Shown one piece after another: positions 9,478 through 20,610 of a DNA stretch of 64,000 nucleotides (position 1 is the stretch's first letter; the number at the start of each line of letters is the position of its first letter). Under the pieces are notes generated by a model. That model was not told where the DNA came from and made no database searches. It saw only the letters and a list, made by a program, of their open reading frames with translations. This DNA comes from a virus. The position numbers and the translations under genes are program-made. The DNA lies in IMG/VR virus record IMGVR_UViG_3300028883_000992, positions 27,136-91,135 of that record. The stretch is one strand, 5' to 3'.

Positions 9478-9501
9478 GGGTGACTATTTATTTAGTCACC
9501 C
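9478..9501. promoter_or_regulatory. Perfect 9-bp stem-loop in intergenic region
   Basis: GGGTGACTA-TTTATT-TAGTCACCC; no U tract on either side. Confidence 0.55.
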
Positions 9502-9521
9502 TCAAAATAAAGGAAATTATT

Positions 9522-9884
9522 ATGAGTACAAAAAATCATGCTGCAATACATACTACAGAACAATTATTACAATCTAAATTTAGTATGGGCGACACATTTT
9601 ACTACATATATTATGATAAAATTTACACAGAAACTGTACCTGAAATAGACAATAGAGATATAACAGATGATGGTGTAGAAATGATTGTACGTAAAAAGAA
9701 CTATAACCATCGTGTTGATGTTAGATATATTTTCCATACGTTTGAAGAAGCAAAACTATGTTTAATAAACAAATTTAAAAATCAAGTTTCTGCATATAAA
9801 CATACCTTACAATCAGCACTTGATAATTATAATGACAGTCTTGATAAACTACATAAACTTATGGAAATGAATGATGTCGAATAA
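9522..9884 (+). CDS. Hypothetical protein (start revised from 9480 to 9522)
   Basis: AAGGA RBS precedes ATG 9522; the GTG at 9480 lies inside a hairpin. Confidence 0.65.
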   Translation: MSTKNHAAIHTTEQLLQSKFSMGDTFYYIYYDKIYTETVPEIDNRDITDDGVEMIVRKKNYNHRVDVRYIFHTFEEAKLCLINKFKNQVSAYKHTLQSALDNYNDSLDKLHKLMEMNDVE

Positions 9885-9943
9885 AATTTATCTTGTTTCA
9901 ATAGAAGAAGAAAAACCCAGATGGAGATTATTATGTTACCCTT

Positions 9944-12900
9944 TTAACCACTCATATAACCGTCTGTAACAAAATATCTATATGAACCCATATCACCTGC
10001 TGAAGCCAATACGGTAACATCTCCATATATATATTGTACACTAATAAGGCTTACACGTGTTATATCCCCACCTGTAGGATTGGGATACGCTAATTGGAAA
10101 CCTACCGTATCTGCACCTTTACAGTACTCACTATCTATTCTTATAGTTGTAAAAAATTTACCAGTTGAATCAAAATAATGGGTTTGTATATAGGGTGTGT
10201 AAACAGTACCACCCTTAACAACCTTATAATTTATCCTGTCATATACATTTTTTTCTCCACCTAAAGAATTAACACTATGCTCCAAAACCACAGTTATAGT
10301 ATTAGATGAAGAAACATTAGATAAAGTATATGATGATGCGCCCGATAAAGCGCGAACATTATATCTACTATATGTCCAATCTCCAGAATAATAACCTTCA
10401 ATATCCTGTGCAAAATCACCTGCAACAAGATAAGCATTACAATAAAAAGCAGTGCTATTTATGTTTTCAACAAATTGAACTTGTTGATACATCCCTTCAG
10501 CACTTGTATAAGTCTGGAAACTATAAGGAGTCCAAATATAATTATTGGGTGTTATCTTATTTCCATTCCAATCTGTGAAAACTTTTTGGAAATATGCACT
10601 ACTCCCAAAAGCTGTTGCACCTGTTTCTATATGTTTGACAAAATTAAAACCTTCACCTGTACCAAGACTATAAGCTGAAGGATGATAATAAAAACCATTT
10701 TTTAACATACGTATAAATGTTTTGTCTTCATCATACTGACCTATAGTTATAGAAGGCGCACCTGTTTCTTCATCTGAAACAGTAAGACCATTAGCATGAA
10801 TATGTCCACCATGAATATTGGCAGCTTTTATCATATTTCCATAAATATAACCTGCCTCAAATCTGTCGGTAGTCATTACTTTATTGTCTCTAAATGTAGT
10901 AGGAGTAGTTTGTGAAGCTGTAGCTTCCTCAAGCATAACACCATCAAGATAACCGTCATTCATAATCAGTATTAACATCTTGGTTGCTTGTTTTTCATAA
11001 TCTGACCATCCATCAGCATTAATAACAGCATAATAACGAGTCCAAGTTTCACCATCAGAACCAGTATAAGTGCCTTCAGTATTTTGATTACCGTCAGTTA
11101 TATTATATAAACCTAATGCACTATCCTTATAGTCATAAAGATAATACTGTAATGTTGATTTGCCTCCTGTATATTTATAGTAACTAAATATATAATTATC
11201 AGGACGCATTGTGGTTTCCGGTAAAAATATCCCATTAGTATATATAGAATCATTTTCACCATAGCTATAAAAACTATAATTTCCAAAACAAGCATGATCA
11301 TCAGTTATTTTACGCCTATCAGCACCACTATAATTATCAGAAAATGGAGTCCAACTTTCCCAAGCACTTGTAGCAGTTTTATCTACAAAAACTTCAAAAG
11401 AACCATTGTTAATTTTATTCCGATAAGTAAACTCCCAATCAGGTGTCATTAATAAATCTACATAGTCATTTGCAGGACAAGATGTATTACCTGCAATATC
11501 ATATGCGCGAGCTTTATAACGATATAACCTATAACCTTCAAGTGCTTCATCATAATCATAAAAAGCATCAGCATCTTCATATAGAGTCCCAACAACTGAA
11601 AAATTAGAGCCACCATCATCTGAACGTAAGATTTCTGTTTTCCAATATCCAGAAAATGAATCGCTAATTTTATCCTTATTTATTTTAATTAATGCGCCTC
11701 TTGCTTTAGTGACAGATTTGGCACTGTTTAGTATATCATTTCCTGTTATAATAGGTGTAGTTGGGTCATAATTAAAACTACGTATATCTGTTTGAGTTTG
11801 CCCAGACTCAGAAAATGCTGTAAAAATTAATCTATTAGGTTTACCTGCATAATTATCAAAAAATCCATAAAGCTCTGTATCTAAATCAGCTTCAGAACCG
11901 TCCCAAGATGGACTACTATATACAGTAGACGTAGTAATTACACCCGCCAAACTGTGTTGTTGCAATTGGAAAGTATATCCAACTATAGAATCACCCTCAC
12001 TAACACTTGCAGTAGCACGATAATACATTAATGAAACATCTAAATCTTCTGCGTTTAACCATCCATTTTCATTTAATTCCTTATCTAACTTACAGTCCAC
12101 ACTCAAACTTATTTCAGAACCTTTAAATTCATAGTCCTGTGTGTTTTCAAATTGGTTGTAGTTTCCTGCTAAATCATAAACACGTACCGCAAAAGTATAG
12201 GTATCTATAACATTCGGTATAACAACAGGAACAATAGTAGTTGCATCAACTTCAGTTAAATCATATTTTTGTATAGCTGAAGGACTTGAAAAATCGCCAG
12301 TAAAACTTATCCATGTAGATCGCAAAGATGTTTCATCATCAACAGGGTCACTAAATGGGATTTTAACTCTAACTAATGTACTTCTACCATCTGTTATAGC
12401 ACTACCAGATTCGTCAACAAAACTAAAATCTCCAGTTATATTAGGAACACCTACATCCCATTCAACAGGTATATCTTTATATGTAAAATTACCAGATATA
12501 TAATAAGTTACTCTAATATATCCAGTTCCACTTATAATAGTAGGGCTATAATTAATATCAGAATAATCACCCTCACACTTCCAACGATATGTATTACCTA
12601 TTGCACCTATCTCAGATGTGGACCTACTTGAATAAGGGATTGCATCATCATTAGCATCATAAAATTGGAATGTCATTGACTCTACTTCTGTAGAAAAATC
12701 TATATAAAAACTATAATCAGCAGTATCATAAATATAAGTAGAACCACCGTCTTCAGAAGCAAGGCCACCACGATATAGCTTACCTTGACGCTTATCGACA
12801 GGATTAGGTGAAGAATACTCTACCGTAACAGATTCTAATGTCTGAACATCTCCGTAAATATAAACAGCAGCAGTGTTTTCGTTATATAGGCGATCATAAG

Positions 12901-15844
12901 TTGTTATCCAAATCTTAGTAGAAGTAGTGGTTGCATAAAAATAACTATTAGCAGAACCATATAGTCCTGTTACATCATCAATTTTTGTAGTAAGTGCAGT
13001 ATTAGCATAAATATTACAACCCAAAAAATCTGTATCACTAGGATTTTTCCATTTAAACAACGTACCATCATATCTTGCCAATGAAGCTGTGTCAGTAATA
13101 GGGTCAGGTGGGATAGAGTCACCTGTCAATATACCTGCCGTAGCAGACATATTAGATTCGTTCCCAAAATTATCAAATACCCTTAATCCATAAATATAAT
13201 ATTGCCCCGGATTTACCGCCTTATCATCATAGGTTAAAGGCTCTTGAGTGTCATTCTGGTTCTCTCTTGTTGCTATATGTTCCCATTTAGTAAACTCTAT
13301 TGTTGATGTACTATTAGGTGCAGGTATTTCAGCAACAGCATATTTTTCAGAAAGACCTAATGTTATTAGAGAAGTTGAAACAAATAAATCTGTAAATAAA
13401 CCATACGTATTGTAATAATTTGTTCCTGCATAATGCAATCCACCTATCTCTAAATTAGAAACGGTAGCATGATAATAAGTACCATTATAAGAAGCACTAT
13501 TAACATATAGTGTCGCACTTGAATCTGCCCAAGACACACCTATAAATACACGTTCATTTTCTTTAAAATTGGCTGAAGCACTTACAATACTATCTGCACC
13601 TGCTGAATGTGAATGAATATAAAAATTATATGTAGTAGGGTTATAGCCTACAATTACTTTTTCTGTGGCTGTAAAACTATCAGAACCTTCAAAGAAAGTA
13701 AGAAGTTGCATAGTACCAGATGCAGATGTATAATCAAATGAAGGTATCCAATAAAATCCAAAACTTCCTCTGTCTGTAGCATGAGGCACAGAACTACAAA
13801 TTAATATCTGTGCAGAAGATTCAGTGGCTCCATCTATAGTATCGGGATCAAAAATAGATGGAAATGACATACTGTTATGTTCATAGACAATACCGTCCAC
13901 GAATAAATTATTGGAGTTAGTAGAAGATACACCTATCTTAAATGTATAATCGGTTCCATCAGTAGTATGTTGAAGTTTATATCTTGTCCAACTGTTATTA
14001 AGTGTAGAACTTGTTGTTGCTACAGAATCACCTGAAGCACAAAGCCATATATTACCACTACCTCTTGCATAAACAGACAACATATAAGATTCTGCATCAT
14101 ATACAGTAACATTTTGACTAATATAACTTGCACTTGTAGATATAGCACTGTGTATTCTTCCACAATACCCATTAAATAATGCATCATAATAAGTATTACT
14201 ATTAATATCTAACATACATCCAGATGTTGACCATCCATTTGTTGTAGATAAATCACCTGCAACCGCAAGATTAGTATGTTTATTAGTTAAAGAAATGCCA
14301 CCAGACATTACATTAAAAGACTTATGTGTTCTGAATGTATAAAATCCAGTAGAATTATCATACGAGCCTTTATGCGCCTGTGTAGAAGATACAAAAGGTA
14401 AATAAAACGAAACTCTATTGTTGTCCTTAGATGGTACTTGTTTTTTCGTTGTTTCTATAGCATATGCATCAGTGGTGGCTTCAGAATATACATATGCTCC
14501 ACGTTTACTTATCTTAACATTATCAAGGTAAACTGTATTATCATGTCCACCATCACGAATACCATAGAATTTAAACTTAGTATACTTACAATCAGACGGT
14601 ATAATAAAATCATCATCATCACTTCCTATATTATAACTTAATCTGTTCCAATTGTCAGCAGTAGATGTAATTGCTTGTGACGCAGAAGATGTTGAACATA
14701 AACTACCATCATTAGAACTGTACCATATCATAACAGCAAAACTTGAAGCAATCTTATTTTTCTTGTGTTCAAAACTTATACTATAATCAAGATTGCTATA
14801 AACACGTATATAAGGCGAACTTAGTAATGAACTTTCACAACCGACAGTAGAACTATTGTCAATCTTGGCGCATACCCCATTAGATAAATAATCACCATAA
14901 TAAAGATCAATTGTGCCATCTGTGACATTATTACTCCACCCTACATCTATACCTTCGCTAAATCCACCATTATAAAGATAGTTGCCAAGAACAACATTAT
15001 AATCTTTAACTTGGTAAGTATTTTCGCCAACATTGAATTCTTCACCTGAACCGTAATCTGAGGTATAACTATCTGTCAGTATCTTGTTTGTAATATCAAC
15101 AGCACCCTTAGATGTTTTTGTCGTCTTAGTTGTCTTACGGTAAATCTTATGTCCCGCCCAATCATCAACAGAAGGTATATGCCACTGTAATGTATTTTTA
15201 GTAACACCAGTTTTAGCATCACTTTCTGTAGTTATAGGAGTAGTCCACCATTCAGGTGCAGATAAATCAATATCACCAACTGGCTTCCAAGACGTTATAT
15301 ATGACATTATGCCATTAAGAAAATTAACAAAACTGTTATTCTCAGTTGTGTAAACATAAAAATAGAGGTCTGTCCATTGATTTTCCAATAATGTAAATGT
15401 AACAGTTTTATTGATATAGTAAAGTTCATTGGGGGCAATAATAGTTTTAACTATACCGTTAACAACCGTATAAAACGATAAATTAATATAGTCATCAACT
15501 ATCACTGGAAGTGTAACACTTCTTGTTTTATCTGATTTTACACTAACACTATAAGAAGCATTAAGATATGCAGGTAAATTACTATCATAGCAACCACCAC
15601 TATCATTAGAAACAAGATCAGCAATTCCACGTTTACGCACATAGCTATTATAGTTAATTCTACTTATAGCAAAACTACTACCACGATCAAAAGTGTAATA
15701 TTGTTTACGCCATATAATATTTTGTAAATCAACAGCATCTTGTGTTGCACCGCGATATTTAACAGACTTAGTTTTTTCAATTTCAACTCTACCGAGCTTA
15801 TCTCTTGTCTGTTTTAATATATGTTCTTCTACTAATTTTTTCAT
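9944..15844 (-). CDS. Large tail tip/fibre protein with carbohydrate-binding (CBM4_9-like), LamG-like and FN3 domains
   Basis: NYLYNGGFSEG and NKINNGSFE CBM starts; FIGVSW...LYVN (LamG); Y.YGLRVFDNFGNES and YRYKARAYDIAGN (FN3); last gene of the tail operon. Confidence 0.75.
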   Translation of the reverse strand: MKKLVEEHILKQTRDKLGRVEIEKTKSVKYRGATQDAVDLQNIIWRKQYYTFDRGSSFAISRINYNSYVRKRGIADLVSNDSGGCYDSNLPAYLNASYSVSVKSDKTRSVTLPVIVDDYINLSFYTVVNGIVKTIIAPNELYYINKTVTFTLLENQWTDLYFYVYTTENNSFVNFLNGIMSYITSWKPVGDIDLSAPEWWTTPITTESDAKTGVTKNTLQWHIPSVDDWAGHKIYRKTTKTTKTSKGAVDITNKILTDSYTSDYGSGEEFNVGENTYQVKDYNVVLGNYLYNGGFSEGIDVGWSNNVTDGTIDLYYGDYLSNGVCAKIDNSSTVGCESSLLSSPYIRVYSNLDYSISFEHKKNKIASSFAVMIWYSSNDGSLCSTSSASQAITSTADNWNRLSYNIGSDDDDFIIPSDCKYTKFKFYGIRDGGHDNTVYLDNVKISKRGAYVYSEATTDAYAIETTKKQVPSKDNNRVSFYLPFVSSTQAHKGSYDNSTGFYTFRTHKSFNVMSGGISLTNKHTNLAVAGDLSTTNGWSTSGCMLDINSNTYYDALFNGYCGRIHSAISTSASYISQNVTVYDAESYMLSVYARGSGNIWLCASGDSVATTSSTLNNSWTRYKLQHTTDGTDYTFKIGVSSTNSNNLFVDGIVYEHNSMSFPSIFDPDTIDGATESSAQILICSSVPHATDRGSFGFYWIPSFDYTSASGTMQLLTFFEGSDSFTATEKVIVGYNPTTYNFYIHSHSAGADSIVSASANFKENERVFIGVSWADSSATLYVNSASYNGTYYHATVSNLEIGGLHYAGTNYYNTYGLFTDLFVSTSLITLGLSEKYAVAEIPAPNSTSTIEFTKWEHIATRENQNDTQEPLTYDDKAVNPGQYYIYGLRVFDNFGNESNMSATAGILTGDSIPPDPITDTASLARYDGTLFKWKNPSDTDFLGCNIYANTALTTKIDDVTGLYGSANSYFYATTTSTKIWITTYDRLYNENTAAVYIYGDVQTLESVTVEYSSPNPVDKRQGKLYRGGLASEDGGSTYIYDTADYSFYIDFSTEVESMTFQFYDANDDAIPYSSRSTSEIGAIGNTYRWKCEGDYSDINYSPTIISGTGYIRVTYYISGNFTYKDIPVEWDVGVPNITGDFSFVDESGSAITDGRSTLVRVKIPFSDPVDDETSLRSTWISFTGDFSSPSAIQKYDLTEVDATTIVPVVIPNVIDTYTFAVRVYDLAGNYNQFENTQDYEFKGSEISLSVDCKLDKELNENGWLNAEDLDVSLMYYRATASVSEGDSIVGYTFQLQQHSLAGVITTSTVYSSPSWDGSEADLDTELYGFFDNYAGKPNRLIFTAFSESGQTQTDIRSFNYDPTTPIITGNDILNSAKSVTKARGALIKINKDKISDSFSGYWKTEILRSDDGGSNFSVVGTLYEDADAFYDYDEALEGYRLYRYKARAYDIAGNTSCPANDYVDLLMTPDWEFTYRNKINNGSFEVFVDKTATSAWESWTPFSDNYSGADRRKITDDHACFGNYSFYSYGENDSIYTNGIFLPETTMRPDNYIFSYYKYTGGKSTLQYYLYDYKDSALGLYNITDGNQNTEGTYTGSDGETWTRYYAVINADGWSDYEKQATKMLILIMNDGYLDGVMLEEATASQTTPTTFRDNKVMTTDRFEAGYIYGNMIKAANIHGGHIHANGLTVSDEETGAPSITIGQYDEDKTFIRMLKNGFYYHPSAYSLGTGEGFNFVKHIETGATAFGSSAYFQKVFTDWNGNKITPNNYIWTPYSFQTYTSAEGMYQQVQFVENINSTAFYCNAYLVAGDFAQDIEGYYSGDWTYSRYNVRALSGASSYTLSNVSSSNTITVVLEHSVNSLGGEKNVYDRINYKVVKGGTVYTPYIQTHYFDSTGKFFTTIRIDSEYCKGADTVGFQLAYPNPTGGDITRVSLISVQYIYGDVTVLASAGDMGSYRYFVTDGYMSG

Positions 15845-18800
15845 ACTTTTGGTATATATAACATTGTTACTCTATGTTTTGAGCTAAAGAATGGGGCAGA
15901 AATACCTGCTACCTTACGATAAAATATTAAGTATTTACCATCCCAAACATCATTGTTCGTAGGGTATTGGTTTCCAACTACTGCCTCAGCAGTCAAAGCA
16001 GGATAATACCCTCTTGTCAAAGAAAGGTCTACCCAACCTATAAAATTACCCCTAAATTGGCCTTCAAGATTTAGAAACTGTGTATCTACATTTTCATATA
16101 ATCCATCATTAGTCATAAATTCAGAACTACTTAGAATAATACCGCTATATGGATCATCCTCATTATTGGAATTTGCATAAGTGGTAGAAACAAAATCTTC
16201 TTGCAAACATATGCGACCAGATTTGTCACGTACATATCCAGAGAAATAGATAACATTCCAATAGCACCCACCATCATCTGTGTATGTATCACTATTCCAA
16301 AGCTCGTTATTTATAAAGGCAAATGTATCTAAATGTTTTTTAGGATTAAAGCTACCTGCTATTCCTATATCCTTATCTATATCATACAGTAATCTAAAGT
16401 ACTCTTCATCATCAACTAAAGTCTTACTATTAATATCAACTTGTGAACCACCAAAATATTGCTTGGTACTCCATAAATCATCTCCAAATGCATAATTGTG
16501 TCTAATAATATTAGCATCTAATTTTATGGCATAATATCTATTAGCAAACTCTTCATCACCTAAACCTGACTGTGAAGAAGATGTAATATCTTTAAATGTA
16601 TAATGTACAGCATTTCCTTTACCTGATAGGTCTGTACGTATATAAACAGGTGTATAAAGTTTACCATCTGTAGTTATTTTAAATGGTTTAATTGTAGCTC
16701 CGCTATTATCAACTATAGTAGAAACCACAGTACTTTCAGCTAAACCATAAGTATCTTCATAATCCTGATCAAAATCAGAGTAATAAACAGACGAATAATC
16801 AATCTGAAAATCTACAGTACTTACAATTCCACGCCTTAAATAACCATATGGCATATCAGCTTCAGAATCAGTTCCAAAAAGCGGAGTACTATATTGATTA
16901 TCACCTATCTCTAATGAGAAATAAGGATAAAATTTTACATATCCACGCTTCTCATTCTCTATAGTAAATATTCCACCCTGTATTTCACCAAAATTATCAT
17001 TTAAATTCATAGATGCACTAGAAATAATATTCGCATTATTTAATCGCCTACGTCTATTGGCATACCATATTTCATCAGTGTGTAAGTCTGAATAATAAGC
17101 CTTGTTATAAGTGTCTATAAAATTATTCCATGAGCTTATATCGTCATTACCATTCCATGTAAAATAACGATCTTTACCCCATTGAACATATTCATAACCA
17201 TTATAAGGCCAATCATCACCATCACGTTTAGTTAAAGTAGTAAGCTGAATAGGTGTTCCCTTTATGCGACTACCATCTAATGTATCATCAACACCAAACA
17301 CCTGTAACTGTAAATATCCGCTTTTAACTAAATCAAATGTTATACGTGGCACTATCCCCATACTATCACCAGTATAAGGATCATAGGAACCATTCACAAA
17401 ACTTGACGTGGACCAACTTTTTGCATCTGATCTCTGCGAACCTCTTATGCACCCATCATAATACCATGTTCCACCTGAACTACTAACAGAACTATACCTA
17501 ATAGTTTCAGTTTGAATAGTAATATTAAGCTGACCATATAACTCAATGGCACTACCGCTTGAATACCCCATAACGAGATACCCCTTTTGCGGTACATTTG
17601 CTAACGATGTATCTACATAAATTGTTGTATCTGTTGTACTTATGTACTGAGTTGTAAATCCTACAGTGCCACCATTAACAATACGTATATTCTGGAACGG
17701 ATTATTATCAAATAATTCTAAATCAGGTTCAGTCTTAACAAAATAAGAAGGATCAGGCTGTAAATCGGTTGCTTTAAACTGAGTAACATAAGTACCATTA
17801 CTATGTCTACTTTTAACTTCAGTAACCCACAGTTTTTTAGATGAAGTTATACCGTCCTTAAACTCTTCATCAACACTAATACAGTCATAAGGCTCAATAA
17901 AAGGATTACCCAATGTTTCAAATTCAACTTCTTTAGAAGCATCACGATGATTCAATATAAAATTATAACTCACATAGTCAGCATGATCTTCACTTGAAAT
18001 AGACGGATCAACAATAATAGTCTGCAAAGGTCTTCCGACATAATTTATAGCTTCAGCAGAATGTATACTATTAAGATCAGTAGAACGCGACTGTCTAAAT
18101 GTGTAAGTGGGATTATTGGGATTGATAACCGCTCTTTCATTTGACGCATTTGCACCAGTTTTTGTTCCTGTCCTACGGCCTAATACTATACAGTCATTAC
18201 GAAGGTCTTTGCCTGTGTCTTCAATATTCAATGCTATAACATGTCCCGGCCCAAGATTATCGGATGTTCTAAAATAAAAAGATGGCACACTGATATCGTG
18301 ATCATATAAAAATAAACTATCAATACATAGATCATTATATGCCACACCATTTACCTGCACAAGAAAATCATATTCACTGTATGGCAAATTAGATGCAACA
18401 GTTATTTGACATGGATTAGAACCAGTTTCAGGATCAACACCTTTATAATAAGACCAAGCAGTATTGTAATAAAAACTTTTATAAACCGTATCTAATGATC
18501 CTGTGGGTGTACTTATTTGTATAGCTGCACTTAAACTGCTTTCATCTGCACCTGCTCTTGGATTGGGACGTATTATTAAATCCATACGCGCAAATTTAAC
18601 ATCATCTTTTGTTACGCTTTGTAAATCATTGGTTGTCATATAATGAGCTTTAACACAATTAAAATCTGTCTCTATTGTAAAACCTGTACGACTGTCAAAT
18701 TGTAGTTCATCTGAAGCATATGTAGTGCAATGAACAATCTGATTAGGTACATCTATAAAACTGATATAAGGATACCCATAACGATTTATGCCCCATAAAA

Positions 18801-20199
18801 ATCCATATGGTTCTATAATGTTATTGATAGCATCATATAGGTATTCACCTGTATCTATCTGATAATTATATTCATCATCAATTATAGAACCTTCTAATGC
18901 ATTAGGATTACCATATAATGTTTCATTAGGTAAATATAATTCATTAGTGTTACCTATTAAATTGTTATACCAACCACCCGTAGTAGACTGATCATTATAA
19001 TCATTCCGTGTCTCTTTTTTATAAAGAAGAGTAGGATCAATATAGGAATTAATGATAAGATTATTGAATACTTTATAAAGTTCCCATCCATCATAAGCAG
19101 CAGGTTTTGTTAGTCCATTAACATGTCCGGGTATTTCATCCATATAATCAGATGCTATATAATCCATAACATTAGGTGCATCTATATTAAAGGTATCCAT
19201 TAAAAATATAGCATTAGAATAGCATATTACTTCAAGCTGATCATCTCCATTTTCTTTGTACGTAATTTTAAAATCACGTATATGACCACTAAATTTCTGA
19301 ACTGTCTGTGCAACTTTTGGGTCAGAAGTAGTATAATAACCCTCTGAGAAAGTTACCATTCTAAATTTCTTCAACGCAACATCAGTATCTTCTGTATTTA
19401 CATAATGGTTTTCCCCTTGCTTATAATAACCTTCCCAAGTGTAATCACTTGCAGATGATATAAAGGGTACTGTAAATTTTAAAACATCAGCACCATTTGT
19501 ACGCACATCTAAAGATACGCTTATAATATTATCAACGGTAGATAAAGAGATCGGCATTGTAGCATTTACAGTAGACCAATCAGAAGGAGCAGTTACACCT
19601 GCTGATATAGGAAGTTTATGCGGCATAGTTGTTGAATCATCGGTCATACGGTATAAACAACATACACCACTTTCATTCCCGATTTCTCCAGACCACTTAT
19701 ACCTCAAACTAATAGGATACCAATTTCCTGCTGCATAATCTCCTGTACACACACCACCTATATGTGATGTAGCACCCAACTGCATATATCCGCTATAGGA
19801 CTGTGTGCCTGAATTATCGTCAATAGATAGAGTCACATGACCATCACCACCAAAATAAAACTCATATTGTCCATCATATTCCGCATAAAAATATCCGGTA
19901 CATAACATGCTCCATCCACCACTATAACGGTCATCTCTTATTTGTTGTGGAGTTCCTCTTGCATTATAAAACTTAATAAGCCCACCGGGTATAGTACCAG
20001 AATATGCAGTGTCTTCTTTATTGGTAACACCTTCTCTACCATAGTACCAAGATACATCAAGACCTTCTGATAAAACTGTATTTACAGTATCAGCAGTTTT
20101 TATAACTGTAGCAGGATAACTTAATTTACCTTCATATGGTCTATAACCATGACAGGTAGAAAAGTCGTGACGATCATGTGAATCTAATCTTTCAATCAT
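15841..20199 (-). CDS. Tail tip/baseplate hub-like protein with N-terminal PA14-like domain
   Basis: WSMLCTGYFYAEYDGQYEFYFGGDGHVTLSID..WYPISLRY (PA14); hub-like GNPFIEPYDCISV..VTEVKSRH; position downstream of the tape measure. Confidence 0.65.
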   Translation of the reverse strand: MIERLDSHDRHDFSTCHGYRPYEGKLSYPATVIKTADTVNTVLSEGLDVSWYYGREGVTNKEDTAYSGTIPGGLIKFYNARGTPQQIRDDRYSGGWSMLCTGYFYAEYDGQYEFYFGGDGHVTLSIDDNSGTQSYSGYMQLGATSHIGGVCTGDYAAGNWYPISLRYKWSGEIGNESGVCCLYRMTDDSTTMPHKLPISAGVTAPSDWSTVNATMPISLSTVDNIISVSLDVRTNGADVLKFTVPFISSASDYTWEGYYKQGENHYVNTEDTDVALKKFRMVTFSEGYYTTSDPKVAQTVQKFSGHIRDFKITYKENGDDQLEVICYSNAIFLMDTFNIDAPNVMDYIASDYMDEIPGHVNGLTKPAAYDGWELYKVFNNLIINSYIDPTLLYKKETRNDYNDQSTTGGWYNNLIGNTNELYLPNETLYGNPNALEGSIIDDEYNYQIDTGEYLYDAINNIIEPYGFLWGINRYGYPYISFIDVPNQIVHCTTYASDELQFDSRTGFTIETDFNCVKAHYMTTNDLQSVTKDDVKFARMDLIIRPNPRAGADESSLSAAIQISTPTGSLDTVYKSFYYNTAWSYYKGVDPETGSNPCQITVASNLPYSEYDFLVQVNGVAYNDLCIDSLFLYDHDISVPSFYFRTSDNLGPGHVIALNIEDTGKDLRNDCIVLGRRTGTKTGANASNERAVINPNNPTYTFRQSRSTDLNSIHSAEAINYVGRPLQTIIVDPSISSEDHADYVSYNFILNHRDASKEVEFETLGNPFIEPYDCISVDEEFKDGITSSKKLWVTEVKSRHSNGTYVTQFKATDLQPDPSYFVKTEPDLELFDNNPFQNIRIVNGGTVGFTTQYISTTDTTIYVDTSLANVPQKGYLVMGYSSGSAIELYGQLNITIQTETIRYSSVSSSGGTWYYDGCIRGSQRSDAKSWSTSSFVNGSYDPYTGDSMGIVPRITFDLVKSGYLQLQVFGVDDTLDGSRIKGTPIQLTTLTKRDGDDWPYNGYEYVQWGKDRYFTWNGNDDISSWNNFIDTYNKAYYSDLHTDEIWYANRRRRLNNANIISSASMNLNDNFGEIQGGIFTIENEKRGYVKFYPYFSLEIGDNQYSTPLFGTDSEADMPYGYLRRGIVSTVDFQIDYSSVYYSDFDQDYEDTYGLAESTVVSTIVDNSGATIKPFKITTDGKLYTPVYIRTDLSGKGNAVHYTFKDITSSSQSGLGDEEFANRYYAIKLDANIIRHNYAFGDDLWSTKQYFGGSQVDINSKTLVDDEEYFRLLYDIDKDIGIAGSFNPKKHLDTFAFINNELWNSDTYTDDGGCYWNVIYFSGYVRDKSGRICLQEDFVSTTYANSNNEDDPYSGIILSSSEFMTNDGLYENVDTQFLNLEGQFRGNFIGWVDLSLTRGYYPALTAEAVVGNQYPTNNDVWDGKYLIFYRKVAGISAPFFSSKHRVTMLYIPKV

Positions 20200-20254
20200 G
20201 AGAATTCAAAAAATGTATAATACCTTTGTGTTACAATTTCTTTATCTGGTGATT

Positions 20255-20602
20255 TTATTCATTAAACCAATTAACACTATGATCACCCGATTCTTCTAAA
20301 TAATATTCTTCACCAGAAAAAATTGAAAATTTACTTATAGGATAAGAAGAATCATTAAACCAATTAACACCCTGATCATCCGATTCTTCTAAATAATATT
20401 CTCCACCAGAAAAAATTGAAAATTTACTTAGAGGATAAGAAGAATCATTCAATGTTATAGAACTAAAATTCATATCTATAGGATCATCAAAACTATAGGT
20501 AGATGCATAAGTCGGAGTAGTACAAGATGCTAAAATATTACTTGATGCATTTGTTAGATTAAATCCAAGATTTCCGTTAACCTTTACACCTATTTTATTC
20601 AT
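20255..20602 (-). CDS. Hypothetical protein with tandem 31-aa duplication
   Basis: NDSSYP.SKFSIFSG.EYYLEES.D..VNWF occurs twice. Confidence 0.6.
   Translation of the reverse strand: MNKIGVKVNGNLGFNLTNASSNILASCTTPTYASTYSFDDPIDMNFSSITLNDSSYPLSKFSIFSGGEYYLEESDDQGVNWFNDSSYPISKFSIFSGEEYYLEESGDHSVNWFNE
20259..20449. repeat. 93-bp direct tandem repeat, 2 copies, 5 mismatches
   Basis: Copies start at about 20260 and 20353. Confidence 0.9.
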
Positions 20603-20610
20603 TATAACTC

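Noticed and set aside
9422-9521. tRNA or known riboswitch in the intergenic gaps (also 53476-53629)
   Set aside because: No cloverleaf, T-loop GTTC motif or riboswitch consensus recognisable by eye.
20259-20449. 93-bp repeat pair as a DGR template/variable repeat
   Set aside because: Mismatches are not confined to adenines of one copy, both copies are in frame in one ORF, and no reverse transcriptase is in the window.
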